DNA of 64,000 nt from a virus. Its lineage: Duplodnaviria > Caudoviricetes. The stretch lies in IMG/VR virus record IMGVR_UViG_3300028797_000010, positions 21,381 to 85,380 of that record; one strand, given 5' to 3'. This document shows positions 43,968-54,900 of the stretch, piece after piece. A program made the translations under genes and the position numbers. Every line of letters starts with the position of its first letter. The first letter of the stretch is position 1. The notes beneath the pieces are model-generated. The model had not been told where the DNA came from and ran no database searches. It worked only from the letters and a program-made list of their open reading frames with translations.

Positions 43968-45743
43968 TTATATGGTGCTTAAAATGTTTAATATTTCACT
44001 TGCATTACGTATCTTTTTGACACGATGGATGCGTGTGTCAACTTGCTCTTGCCCATTGACGTTAAGGAATGACAACATATCCTCGGCTTGCATCCGACGG
44101 CGTGTCACTCCAGCATCATCACGCAGTAGTCTATGGCAGTCGTATATCGTACCGCCACACAACAATATGATATTATCCATAAGGTCTGGCGACATGCCTT
44201 TCAGTAATGTCTTCATCTTTTCCTTTGGCAACATCTCCAAACGTCCATTAGGTGTCTTTTGGAATTGGAATATACGGCTTTCGAATATCATGTGACGTAG
44301 GATGGTAGTGCCACCCTCGCGCTTCATGTTCTTGTGGTCATAGTGTGCTTGTGCAAGCCGTGGCTCGTAGTGTATCAAGCCCGCTTGAATCATTTCCATT
44401 GCAACGTGGCTTGCCTCGTCTTTCATCGTCTTGAATTGTGCCTTTCCACGGTTTGACGGGCTACCAGCGCCACTAAAAAGCATTGCCCTTGGGAAACAGT
44501 CCTTTAAGAAGCCAAAGCCTTGTACGTCAAGAATCATCTCCTTTTCGGAAAGTCCGTGCTTGTCACGAAACGATATGGCCATGATGACGGCCTCGCGATT
44601 CGTGTTGTGTATCGAATATTGTATGTCACGGCAAATCCATCCATAGTGTGACCAAAGCTCCCAATACTTGAATATAAGATTGTCGAAACCCGTAGATGCC
44701 ATATCCATCGTCATACGGCGCATCAATAACGTGCTGTCGGCTGGGACGCCCGTAGGACGGAACATACGCTCAACGTCCAATTGGCTTAGTTCAACGCCTA
44801 CAAGGTCTTCAATGTTTTCCTCTTCGTCGGTTATCGAGTAGTTCCAATTGACCGAGTAGGATGATGCTGCGGTTGCTGAGTTAGCAGCCAATCCGCGATA
44901 ACCCTTGTTCTTGGCCAACATTTTTTTGTTATCACGCACGTCAAACGTAAAGAATGCCATTGAAAGAATAAAATCCTCGTACGTCATGTCGGGGTCTTGT
45001 GCAAGGCGTTCGTCGATTTCAGACTTTGCCTTTTCGTAAACCTCGCGCTTTGTGCGCCCCCATGTGGCTCGCTCGTAGTCGCCATTGGGCATGAAGAAAA
45101 ACATGACAACACCATCCATAGACTTGTCTACAGTGCCATCATCATTTATCCACCCGCCGCCATGCTCGCCCTTGCCACACATTTTGCGCATAAAGCATTC
45201 ACGTTCTGGGTTTTGAGCCAAATAAACTTGTGCCTTTCCGCTTGTGTCGGAACGCAATCGTGGGAAGAACGTTGAAATCGTGCGCCAAAGAAACTTGTTG
45301 CACTCGTCAAAAATAAGCTTCTTTGCTTGCAAACCTTTGGCTATCTTGTCAATGACAATAGGGTTCTCGTTGTCCAATTGCTGGAATTTCAACTCGCTTC
45401 CGTTGTACAATTTCATACCCATGTCCTGATTGTTACGAATGATTTCGCCTATCGGGTCATGTGGTTGGCGTTTCACCGAGCGGTCAATCAACGGGTACAT
45501 CTTTTTCAACGTATCATTCACCTTGCCAGCACCCCAGAAATCCGAGATATTGCGCATAAAGCATACAATCTTTGCGTTGTCATTCAAGGCGAGGTGTGCA
45601 ATTGGAGAATAATAAAGTGCAACGGACTTGCCGCCGCCAGTACCACCAGTAAAGCATACAATATCGGCATTAGAGCGAATGGCCAAACGCTGGTTGCCAT
45701 CCTCCAATGGGGCTAATACCGTGTCATTACGCTTCTTTGACAT
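43968..45743 (-). CDS. terL: Terminase large subunit
   Basis: Walker A FTGGTGGGKS, Walker B LIFDE, AQNP, and nuclease residues MDMA, LDV and SPDLMD. Confidence 0.9.
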   Translation of the reverse strand: MSKKRNDTVLAPLEDGNQRLAIRSNADIVCFTGGTGGGKSVALYYSPIAHLALNDNAKIVCFMRNISDFWGAGKVNDTLKKMYPLIDRSVKRQPHDPIGEIIRNNQDMGMKLYNGSELKFQQLDNENPIVIDKIAKGLQAKKLIFDECNKFLWRTISTFFPRLRSDTSGKAQVYLAQNPERECFMRKMCGKGEHGGGWINDDGTVDKSMDGVVMFFFMPNGDYERATWGRTKREVYEKAKSEIDERLAQDPDMTYEDFILSMAFFTFDVRDNKKMLAKNKGYRGLAANSATAASSYSVNWNYSITDEEENIEDLVGVELSQLDVERMFRPTGVPADSTLLMRRMTMDMASTGFDNLIFKYWELWSHYGWICRDIQYSIHNTNREAVIMAISFRDKHGLSEKEMILDVQGFGFLKDCFPRAMLFSGAGSPSNRGKAQFKTMKDEASHVAMEMIQAGLIHYEPRLAQAHYDHKNMKREGGTTILRHMIFESRIFQFQKTPNGRLEMLPKEKMKTLLKGMSPDLMDNIILLCGGTIYDCHRLLRDDAGVTRRRMQAEDMLSFLNVNGQEQVDTRIHRVKKIRNASEILNILSTI

Positions 45744-45790
45744 ACGCTTTATGGAATAAGTTGGTACTATAAATTAGAAATTTCTTGGTG

Positions 45791-45913
45791 CAAAATTAAT
45801 TTTTGTTTTATGCGAAAAACACTTGTTTTAAATAAAGTTCATAATAAAACAATACATTGTTATAAAAAAGTGTCAAACGAATATTTTCTTAATATTTCCA
45901 TTATTTATTTTTG
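45791..45913. promoter_or_regulatory. Divergent promoter region (terminase operon vs head-tail operon)
   Basis: TAATTTTG on the minus strand (45791-45798) and TATTTTTG on the plus strand (45906-45913), in a very AT-rich gap. Confidence 0.65.
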
Positions 45914-45958
45914 CACCCAAACAACTTACACATTGTTTAATTAAAATAGTAGAAAACT

Positions 45959-46588
45959 ATGACAAAAGAAGAAGTTTTACAGAAAGTAAACGATTATTGT
46001 ACGGAGAAACAGTACACCACGGCAACTCTAACAGACGCATTCAAGGACAAGTTCGCAGACCATTTCCAAAAGGCAAATGCCGACGGGGATGTGAACGACG
46101 AAAACATCCAAAAGTCGTTAAAGTTTGCGCTTAACACGGCTTTTTCAAGCGCATCGGAATTGGCAACCGTAAAGGCTACGGAGTTCACCACGAAAGAAAA
46201 CGGGTACAAAAGCCAAATTGCAGAGTTGCAAAAGAAAATCAAAACACCGCTTACGCCAGACGAGCCAAAGATTCCAAAGGAAATCCAAGACCAACTTAAC
46301 GAATTAAAGGCTTTCAAGGACGAAAAGTCAAAGCAAGAAAAGCTTGGTACTATCCTTACGACGGCGAAGCAAAGCATCCGACAAGACCTCCACAAGTCTT
46401 TCGAAAAGTACGCCGAGGGCTACGAGGTCAAGTTAGATAAAGGGGAAAAGGAACAGGCAGATGCACTTGTGGCACGTTTCCAAGAAATCTTTAAAGATAG
46501 TATCGGGGATATCAAGCCACTTGCACCGCAAGTTTCACAGAAACAAGACGAAGAAGTTATTGGTTCTATCCCTAAAATCAAGATTTAG
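45959..46588 (+). CDS. Putative capsid scaffolding protein
   Basis: Charged helical 209-aa protein, first gene of the head operon. Confidence 0.6.
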   Translation: MTKEEVLQKVNDYCTEKQYTTATLTDAFKDKFADHFQKANADGDVNDENIQKSLKFALNTAFSSASELATVKATEFTTKENGYKSQIAELQKKIKTPLTPDEPKIPKEIQDQLNELKAFKDEKSKQEKLGTILTTAKQSIRQDLHKSFEKYAEGYEVKLDKGEKEQADALVARFQEIFKDSIGDIKPLAPQVSQKQDEEVIGSIPKIKI

Positions 46589-46614
46589 TTCACACTTTTT
46601 AAAACAAAATCGTT

Positions 46615-47364
46615 ATGATAACAAACTTAGCTTATTTCTTTGAGACATCGCGCAAAGTGCGTGGTGGTAAGCATGTTTGGGTGAAAGATTCGAACGGAGA
46701 GCAGCGCGGCAACGTACTGCTTGGTGGCACTATCCTCAACCCCAACAAAGGCTTCGGTAAGTTGTGGGCTGCCCAATTGGTGCAATACACACCGATGGGC
46801 GGTTGCTACATTTTCCGCTCATTTGCCATTAAGACGGCACAAGCATCAAGCGACGCAACCGAGTATGTCATCAATGGCGACGGCTACAGCGACGCACCAG
46901 AGGTTGGTATGATTGTTATGGTCGCACCTGAATCTTTGACGGTAAAGACCATCACTACCACTATCGACAGTAGCGGCGAGACACCAGTGGCAACAACCAC
47001 AGAAAGTTTTGCCGACTACACAGGTCAGTCCGCAAAGATTACCGCCGTTGTGTATGATGAGGCGAACGAGAAGTTCACCATCACACTTGACAACACGCTT
47101 GGCGCACTTGACGCAGGTGCTATCCTTGTCGAGGCTACTGGAACCGCAAAGTCCGCATCGGCCAAGCCCCTTGTGACTAACCCCAACACTTTCATCGAGA
47201 AAGACGAGGAATTGCTTCCTACCGAGGGTTATGGTTTCCAAAACGCCAACTATTCCATCTCGACCGTGTACAACAAGCAGGCTTGGATTGCTCGTATGCA
47301 GCCACTGCCTAAGTACGTTCTTGCTAAGAACAAGTCGCTAATCGATGGTATTTTCTGGATTTAA
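46615..47364 (+). CDS. Putative head decoration/minor capsid protein
   Basis: Lies between scaffold and MCP and is A/T/G-rich. Confidence 0.55.
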   Translation: MITNLAYFFETSRKVRGGKHVWVKDSNGEQRGNVLLGGTILNPNKGFGKLWAAQLVQYTPMGGCYIFRSFAIKTAQASSDATEYVINGDGYSDAPEVGMIVMVAPESLTVKTITTTIDSSGETPVATTTESFADYTGQSAKITAVVYDEANEKFTITLDNTLGALDAGAILVEATGTAKSASAKPLVTNPNTFIEKDEELLPTEGYGFQNANYSISTVYNKQAWIARMQPLPKYVLAKNKSLIDGIFWI

Positions 47365-47394
47365 TCACAAAAAATTAAAGAAAGGGAAAAGATT

Positions 47395-48684
47395 ATGGCA
47401 AACGCATTAAAATACCAATGGACTCCTGACCAGGCGATTGAAAAATTGTACCAAAAGGGATTTATGGACGGGGCTAACGCAGGCTTTCTCCAGACATTGA
47501 TTGACAACACCATCGAAATCGAAGCCAACTCGTTCTTCTGGCAGGAGCACTTTACCGTCGAGGGCAATGAGTACAAGATTGACATGGCAGACCTTAAAAA
47601 GAACCCCGCATGGACTGTTCGCCAAAAGGTCAATCGCATCGTGCCTATGGCCGACGCAATGGCTCCGCTGTCGGAAACCGCACAACTCGACACCGAGGGA
47701 TGGGAGGAAAAGACTGGTTCCATCTACCAATACGGTAAGGGACTTTTCGAAACCTCTATGTCAAAGCAAGAATTGCAGGCACGTCTTCGCGAGCTTAACC
47801 CCAACGACCAAAACCTTGTCACGGGCTTCGTCAAGGGTGTGGCAGACCTTGTAAAGACACACAACTTCCGTGCATCTTACATGGCCGCTCAGACACTTTC
47901 CTATGGTGGTGCTTATTCAAACACCAACACCATCTTCTTTAAGGGCACAACGGGTTCTATCACGTCTACGATGGGCTTTAGCGGCGTAAGCACAACGCAA
48001 CAGTCCTATATCCCCATCGAAAACTTTAAGAAGGCTGGAACCAAGGTTTGGTCTGCAGGCGACTGCGACATCCCGTCTCAGATGCAGAAGATTGAGCATG
48101 ACTTCAAGCAAGCCAAGAGCCTTCCCGAGGATTTTCCGATGGAGTGGGACATCCCCTATAGCATTATCAGCACCATCTTGATTAACAACTCGTTCTTCAA
48201 GGCCGAGGTGAACCGCTATATCCGTCTTTACGCACCCGACAAGGTTATCGTCGTTACAAGCGGTGGTGGCACTGGCGTCGACGTGAACACCATCACTTGG
48301 GAGCAGCTCGTTGCATACAGCCGTTCTACCATTTCCAAGATTGCCCCGATTCGCGTGGTCAAGCAAGCATCAAAGGTGCAAGACTTTACCACCGTTACCG
48401 ACGTAACTGGTTGGAAGGCAAATACGGCAGTTCTTCGTCCCCTTGGCTACGCAGGTGTATTGGTACACGCCGAGACGTCCGACGTCGAACTTATGCGCAG
48501 CGGCGAGGTCAATTCGACCATCCAATTCTCGTTGGCAAAGATTCAGAACTTCCTTTACGTCATCAACAAGGTCACACCGAACGGCATGCTCAAGTCATAC
48601 CACACGGACGTGCTTGGACGTTACGCAACTGTTCTGAACGAGTCACTCTACCACGTCGTAGTTGACATCGCAACCGCAGACTAA
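47395..48684 (+). CDS. Major capsid protein
   Basis: 429 aa in the expected position, with strongly biased codon usage typical of a highly expressed gene. Confidence 0.78.
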   Translation: MANALKYQWTPDQAIEKLYQKGFMDGANAGFLQTLIDNTIEIEANSFFWQEHFTVEGNEYKIDMADLKKNPAWTVRQKVNRIVPMADAMAPLSETAQLDTEGWEEKTGSIYQYGKGLFETSMSKQELQARLRELNPNDQNLVTGFVKGVADLVKTHNFRASYMAAQTLSYGGAYSNTNTIFFKGTTGSITSTMGFSGVSTTQQSYIPIENFKKAGTKVWSAGDCDIPSQMQKIEHDFKQAKSLPEDFPMEWDIPYSIISTILINNSFFKAEVNRYIRLYAPDKVIVVTSGGGTGVDVNTITWEQLVAYSRSTISKIAPIRVVKQASKVQDFTTVTDVTGWKANTAVLRPLGYAGVLVHAETSDVELMRSGEVNSTIQFSLAKIQNFLYVINKVTPNGMLKSYHTDVLGRYATVLNESLYHVVVDIATAD

Positions 48685-48758
48685 GCGCAAAAACCAAGTG
48701 TTGTAATCTACATGGCGAAAAAGAATTTTTCTTGTCATAAATAATAAATGTAGTAAAG

Positions 48759-49145
48759 ATGACGGTATTAGAATGGCTTGAATCATCAACGATGTATAGT
48801 TCTTTCACCGAGAAGAACTTCGTCAAGATAGCATTGGATAGGGGCATTGAACCGACAGCCGATGTCTATGATGACAGTGTTGTCACAAAGAGGGACAGGG
48901 ACTTGATGTCCGCAGACCTTATTTACATGGCAGTGCTTGCAAGGCCATCTGATACTGCATCTTTGCAACAATCACACAACGGCTACCAAAAGACAATCGG
49001 AGCCGAGCGTGACTTTTATCAAGACGAGAAAATCAAATACGCCATTAAGATTTACGACATGTACGGTGACGAAAAGGCAGACATACTTGAGAGCGTCAGG
49101 CGCAAGATTAAGTTCATTCCCATTGTTGATGTAGACAAACTTTAG
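48759..49145 (+). CDS. Head-tail connector/adaptor
   Basis: Position after the MCP. Contains IALDRG...DL..ADL...SHNGY. Confidence 0.6.
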   Translation: MTVLEWLESSTMYSSFTEKNFVKIALDRGIEPTADVYDDSVVTKRDRDLMSADLIYMAVLARPSDTASLQQSHNGYQKTIGAERDFYQDEKIKYAIKIYDMYGDEKADILESVRRKIKFIPIVDVDKL

Positions 49146-49146
49146 G

Positions 49147-49488
49147 ATGGCCATGACACGTGACGAGATACTTGAATATCCCTATACTGGTGTAATCACA
49201 AGAGTCGTTGAAGGACAAGGTGACGCGGATGACACCGTGGTTGAAATATACCGTGGTGTGATGGACGAGACGATGGTGACGGATGACGAAGGGCATGTGC
49301 TTCAAACCGCATCCTACGTTGTTTCCATTCCGCTTACCAAGAACGATGTCGGCGAATATGTGATACCCGTTAATGGAGACGAGATTTCGTTGGTACGTTA
49401 TGGACAGACCATTAAGTTTGTGGTAGACAATGCCGAACCTTCACAACTTATGGGCGTGAGCATCTATGTGACACGCAAGAAATGGTAA
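49147..49488 (+). CDS. Head-closure-like protein
   Basis: Small beta-rich protein in the expected position. Confidence 0.55.
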   Translation: MAMTRDEILEYPYTGVITRVVEGQGDADDTVVEIYRGVMDETMVTDDEGHVLQTASYVVSIPLTKNDVGEYVIPVNGDEISLVRYGQTIKFVVDNAEPSQLMGVSIYVTRKKW

Positions 49489-49500
49489 TCAATACACGCT

Positions 49501-50019
49501 ATGGCAAAGACGGGTTATAGGTTCAACGGAAATCTTTTCGGAAAGCGCGTTTACAAGCGCATGGCCGAAGAGCAGACCAAGAGACTAATCCAATATGCCG
49601 AGGAAGAAATCGTAAGGATAGTCGATACAAAAGGCTTTTCAAACCGAACTTCCAACCTCGCAGATTCCTACGTGTGGTGCGTGTATCAAGACGGCAAACG
49701 AAAGGGCTTTGGTTTCTATGGAAACAAACAGGCTCGCAAGAATTCGTTCTTGCACGAGTATAGCCCAAAGATGCGAGTACCCGTCAACGGTCGGCAATTG
49801 GCACGAAAGTTCGTTATGAGCTACAAGTCGGACGTAGACCACGGATGGGAGATAGTCTTTGCCGCCGTTGCACCCTATGGCGCATACATGGAAGAAGGCT
49901 ATACATTTCACGGTACGCCATACCATTTCGATGTATTGTCACAACGCTACGACCACATCAAGCACGCTTTAAGCCCGCTATGTAGTGTTACGTTTGAAAT
50001 AGACCCACCAAAGTATTAA
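49501..50019 (+). CDS. Tail completion protein (HK97 gp10-like)
   Basis: NRTSNLADSY...APYGAYMEEG motifs. Confidence 0.6.
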   Translation: MAKTGYRFNGNLFGKRVYKRMAEEQTKRLIQYAEEEIVRIVDTKGFSNRTSNLADSYVWCVYQDGKRKGFGFYGNKQARKNSFLHEYSPKMRVPVNGRQLARKFVMSYKSDVDHGWEIVFAAVAPYGAYMEEGYTFHGTPYHFDVLSQRYDHIKHALSPLCSVTFEIDPPKY

Positions 50020-50022
50020 GCA

Positions 50023-50481
50023 ATGATTACGGATAGCACACGCATATCGATATACGAATACCTTGACGGTGTTTTCGAAGATGTCACGGACAACCTATAC
50101 AACATGTCAATGCCCGAGGAAACAACGGCTAATGACGCCGAGAACGGCTTCTGTGTCATCAACGTCGGCAACGTGTATGACGAATCCGAATTTAGTTGCG
50201 ATGCTTACGGATGGGTTCGCTGTCAAATCGCGGCCTACGTTCCCAAACGGACGCGTGGACGCCTTGATAAGGAAAAGTACAAGGCATTCGAGGATGCAAT
50301 CATCGAAGCAATTGTGGACAACCTTGACAGCGAAAATGAAAGCGGATACTATATCATGCAAGACAGCGTCCTGTCTATGGAAGGCGACGAGGAACGTATA
50401 AAGGGAAATCAATACCACATGTTCATCAAGTCTTTCATTGTAGTCATCGACCAAGAAAGCAATAAACAACAAACAAACTAA
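50023..50481 (+). CDS. Tail terminator-like protein
   Basis: Acidic protein just before the tail tube gene. Confidence 0.55.
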   Translation: MITDSTRISIYEYLDGVFEDVTDNLYNMSMPEETTANDAENGFCVINVGNVYDESEFSCDAYGWVRCQIAAYVPKRTRGRLDKEKYKAFEDAIIEAIVDNLDSENESGYYIMQDSVLSMEGDEERIKGNQYHMFIKSFIVVIDQESNKQQTN

Positions 50482-50503
50482 AAAAAATAGAAAGGATACA
50501 ATT

Positions 50504-51004
50504 ATGGGTAAAACAACTGTTAAGGCGATTTCGCTGAAGTACGGTACGGTTGGCTCCGATGCCACCACTCCGTTGATGGGTGTTTTGAAGGGTCTCGTCG
50601 TTGGTCAGGACACACCTGATGCAACCGAAATCGAGGCCGAGTTCTACGATGCTCCGTTCGACATCTTCTATGATGGCAAGCCCGTCACGATGACGTTCGA
50701 GCTGGCCAACTACGCACTTTCAGACCTTACCACGCTATTCGGCGGCTCTGTCGATTCCAGCGGCGACTACGATGGTGCGCCCAACGCCTACACCACCGAG
50801 CATTCTTGGGAACTCGAGTTCCAGCGTGGACACAAGGCTCTTTACATCTACAAGGGTCTCACCGTGGGCACAATCAAGAAGGATGCCGACGGCGCGTTGA
50901 ACTACAGCGTGAGCATCACTGCGATGATTCACCAGACAACCACTGGTGAAGGCGCACAAGCCGTTACGACAGACCACATGTACAAGATTAAGAACCGTAC
51001 TTAG
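50504..51004 (+). CDS. Major tail (tube) protein
   Basis: 166 aa with a tube-like pattern and highly biased codons, followed by a terminator and the chaperone gene. Confidence 0.7.
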   Translation: MGKTTVKAISLKYGTVGSDATTPLMGVLKGLVVGQDTPDATEIEAEFYDAPFDIFYDGKPVTMTFELANYALSDLTTLFGGSVDSSGDYDGAPNAYTTEHSWELEFQRGHKALYIYKGLTVGTIKKDADGALNYSVSITAMIHQTTTGEGAQAVTTDHMYKIKNRT

Positions 51005-51040
51005 GCCAAAAGACAATTCTTTTATTTTCGTGAACGTGAG

Positions 51041-51087
51041 GGGTGCGTTATCGGGGTAACAATCCCATAATTGCACCCCTTTTGTTT
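51041..51087 (+). terminator. Intrinsic terminator after the tail tube gene
   Basis: GGGTGC...GCACCC stem followed by CTTTTGTTT. Confidence 0.7.
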
Positions 51088-51132
51088 ACGGAAATTAAAA
51101 GGTGTAAAGACTACACTTAAAGTTCACGAAAC

Positions 51133-51726
51133 ATGAAAGGGAAAGAAACAAAGGAAAACGAGCAAGAGTCGGTGTTGAAAGATTTCACGATAGACACGCG
51201 AATGGACATCCTTGACATCATCAACGATTCACCGTCTTTGGTTCGTCTTGGTGACAAGGAATACAAGGTAAAGAACATGCGCTATTATTCGGTGTATAGG
51301 ATTTGCCGACTTGTGATGGAAATGAAAAAAGCGGACGTGACGCTTGATACCGACCAAAAGATAATGACGGCCTTGTGTACGGATTTGGATGCCATGTGCG
51401 AGATAATGGCGATAGTGCTGTGCAACCACATGTTCACGCCCGATGCGGAAAACGCCGACGAAAGGAATGACGCCTACATAAGAAAAATGAAAACCATTGT
51501 GATGAACTCCACCTATGATGCAAACCAATGGGCGGCTATCATTATTGGGGCTATAAAGTCCATCGACCTGACGGGTTTTTTTTTGCTGAAAAAATCGGTG
51601 AGTACGCTTACGGATTCACTTCTGACGCGGAAGAAGAAATCCGAGGAGACAGTCTCACGGTTTATGGAAGCACTATCATTGCGGACGCCGCAGACTTCCT
51701 CCGAGCATACCCACAGTACCGATTAG
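51133..51726 (+). CDS. Tail assembly chaperone (G form)
   Basis: Lies between the tube and tape measure genes and contains a slippery site. Confidence 0.7.
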   Translation: MKGKETKENEQESVLKDFTIDTRMDILDIINDSPSLVRLGDKEYKVKNMRYYSVYRICRLVMEMKKADVTLDTDQKIMTALCTDLDAMCEIMAIVLCNHMFTPDAENADERNDAYIRKMKTIVMNSTYDANQWAAIIIGAIKSIDLTGFFLLKKSVSTLTDSLLTRKKKSEETVSRFMEALSLRTPQTSSEHTHSTD

Positions 51727-51956
51727 ATGACTATCTATATCGGTTAAGCGCGGCACAAGTACAGTTCATGGCCATAGACAACACACACACCAAGTACCTG
51801 TATGGTTCGGACAAACAGGCTTGGACGAATTACAAGGAAGCGTACGAGGCACAGACAAAGTTAGAGAACTTCTTTGATGGCATGAACATACCAGAACTTG
51901 CCGAGGGTGAGGAATACGACATTCCAGTACACAAGGAAAAGAAACAAAAAGGTTAA
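51573..51956 (+). other. Programmed -1 frameshift site and extended tail chaperone (GT form) reading frame
   Basis: G GGT TTT TTT at 51573-51584 is in frame as X XXY YYZ. The -1 frame stays open to 51956, just before the TMP gene. Confidence 0.75.
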
Positions 51957-51980
51957 AATAACGATATAATATTTACGATT

Positions 51981-54900
51981 ATGGCAGCAAATGATGATGT
52001 TTTGATTATCGGAAAACTTGAAGATGGTGACTTGCGCAAGGCCATCAGCGAACTTGTCAACTATGTCGGCAACCAAACAAGCGTAATGGCAAGCCAATTC
52101 GTCACGTCTATGGACTTGATGAAAGGTGCAATGAAGGATTTTGCCGTCACACAAAAGGTTTCCGTGGACTTGATGAAAGAATCATGGAAAACGATGTCAG
52201 CATCATTTGATGCCATGTTTGCCGCCCAATCCGCTGCTACTGGTGGTGGAAAGGGTAGCGGAAAGGCTGCTTATGCGGACAACACGATTGGTGCGCTCGA
52301 ACAAGAAATTGCACTACTTGAAAAGGAACGCAAAGACCTTGAACTAAACACCGATGAGTTGCGCAACCAAAACAAAGTAATTGAAGAACAACGAAAACTT
52401 CTTTCCGAACAAAAAGGTCTTAGCACGCAAGCCGAAGCGGCCAAGAAAATCCGCAAGGAACTTGGCGATGCCATGACCATGCCATCAAAGAATCTTGCAG
52501 ATGCACAAGCCAAACTATCAGAACTTGAAAGACTACAACATAAATATGCTGGTACAACACAACTTAGCGTACAACAACAAAACCGCCTGACGACGGCCAT
52601 TCAAAACACAAAAGAGAAAATAGACAAGCTAACGTCCACCAAGCCGAAGACGTTGAAAGACGTTATTGGTATGGACGAGTCATCGCTTGACGCAGTCGCA
52701 AGAAAAATGCGAGCATTGAAACTTGTGAGCGTTAATCCAAATGACAAAAACCAAATTAGGGATATAGGTAATGAATATGCACGCCTTAGTCGTTTACAGG
52801 CAGAATTAATGGGTAAGAATATACAACTAACCCATTCCAACAACTACCTTGCGCAATCATTTGGATATATCCGCAATCGTATTGTCTACGCTTTAACCCT
52901 TGGTGCTATCACCAACTTTACAAAGGAAATCTATGAAATACGTGGACAATACGAACTATTGGAACGTTCTCTTGGAATCCTAATAGATGACATGCGTCGC
53001 GGTTCGGAAATTTTCAACGAGCTGAATGCAATGGCCTTGAAATCGCCTTTCACGTTAATGGAATTGGCAACTGGTGCAAAGCAATTGTTAGCTTACAACT
53101 TTGCCGAGGAAGAGGTTGTGGACACGACGCGCCGCCTTGCGGACATTTCTGCGGCCTTGGGCGTGCCGATGGAACGCTTGGTGTACAACTTAGGTCAGAT
53201 ACGTGCGCAAACCGTTCTCAACGCACGAGACGCCCGTGACTTTGCGAATGCAGGCTTAGCCATTGTGCCTATGTTGGCGCAAATGTACACGGAGGAAAAG
53301 CGTTTTGGAGACGAGATAGTCACCACGTCACAAGTCTTTGACATGATGTCAAAGAAAATGGTATCCTATGCAGATGTAATGAAGGTCATCAACAAGGTCA
53401 CGGACGAAGGCGGCAAGTTCTTCGACTTCCAAGCAAAGCAAGCCGACACGCTAAAGGTAAAAATGGCCAACTTGACCCTTGCTTGGAACAATATGCTGAA
53501 CGAAATCGGGCAAGACAACCAAGACTTGCTTGGAGCACCATTAAAGGGCTTGAAACTATTGTTTGAAAACTGGCGTGCAGTCGCATCCGTAATAAAAGAA
53601 CTAATCGTTGTATTTGGCACTTATAAGGCCGTAGCCATAACCGTGTCGCTTGTGAACAAGTCTTTAGCTGCTTGGGAAGCCGTGAAGGCATTCTTTCAAC
53701 TTGCAAAGTCCGTTAAGACGGCACGTGATGCAATGGCACTATTCAACCTTACATGTCAAACAAATGTATTTGGCTTGCTTATTTCTGCCGTCGCTGCCGC
53801 AATAGGCATGTTTACTTTGTTCAGAAATTCGGTTGACGATTCTTCGGACAATATTGAAAAGTTTGGCAAAGCAGGTGCAAAAGCCGTTCGTGATACCAAG
53901 ACATTGTTTAATACCCTACAAAACATATCCAAAGAATCGTCAAACTACAAAAAAGTGATGGGTGAACTCAATAGTATTCTTGGCGAATACAATATTGAGC
54001 AGATAAAAGAAACGGACACAATTGAACAGGTCAACAAAAAGCGCGAGGTTGCCATAAGCCTTATCAAGCAAGAGGCCTTGGAACGCAAGTATCTCAATGA
54101 TATAGAACAAGGCAACGAGAGATATGAAACGTCTACACAGCAAGCCAAAAAGGAAATGCGTGACAGCTTGAAATCGGCAATGACTGAAAGCATTTTCCTT
54201 TCAGGTAACGAAGAGATTCGCCAAAATGCCGACGCAATAGCCAATATTATCAGTGATATTGTTGAAAACAACATAATGCTGATTGCTGACAAGACTGGCG
54301 ATGAATACGAAAAAGGTCTTGACAAAATCTATGAAAAGATACAGGAGCGGATGCTTAAAATCGGCATCAGCAAGGAAACCGTGTCAAAGGCTTGGCTTGA
54401 TGATTCGCTATTCTTTCATAGCAACATTGTTGCGGATTTCATAAAGAAAATCAAGGAAGCAAAAGAAGCACAAGACAAATACAACACGGCACTTGAAAAG
54501 TCGTATAATGCAGAAAAAGAAGCCGCAGAACAAGGCGCAACATTCAACGACCGTGTGGAACAAACACAAAACAGCCTGATTAAAGCCGCCAATGATACGG
54601 AAAAGTTTACAAAGAAAATCGAAGAACTTTTAAAACAATATGGTGGTCAAAACATCATAGACTTTTTGGTTAAGATAAGAACAAGTGGTGCGCCTGAATG
54701 GATGAAGAAAATGGGCATTAAAGAACTTGCCCAATTAGCCGCTCGATTTACAGCATTGGCGACAAATGCACAAAAAGCTGGCAAACAATCGGTTGATTTT
54801 GGCAATGGCAAAGTATATACAACACAGCAATTGTTTGAACGCGCTGCACAATATAGACAGGCTTATGAAGAAAAAATTGCCGAAGCCGAAGCAAGAAAGT

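Noticed and set aside
43968-45743. Intron or intein in the terminase, portal or primase-helicase
   Set aside because: The ORFs are continuous and of normal length, with no intein C-terminal HN-(C/S/T) motif or embedded nuclease. Both homing endonucleases are free-standing.
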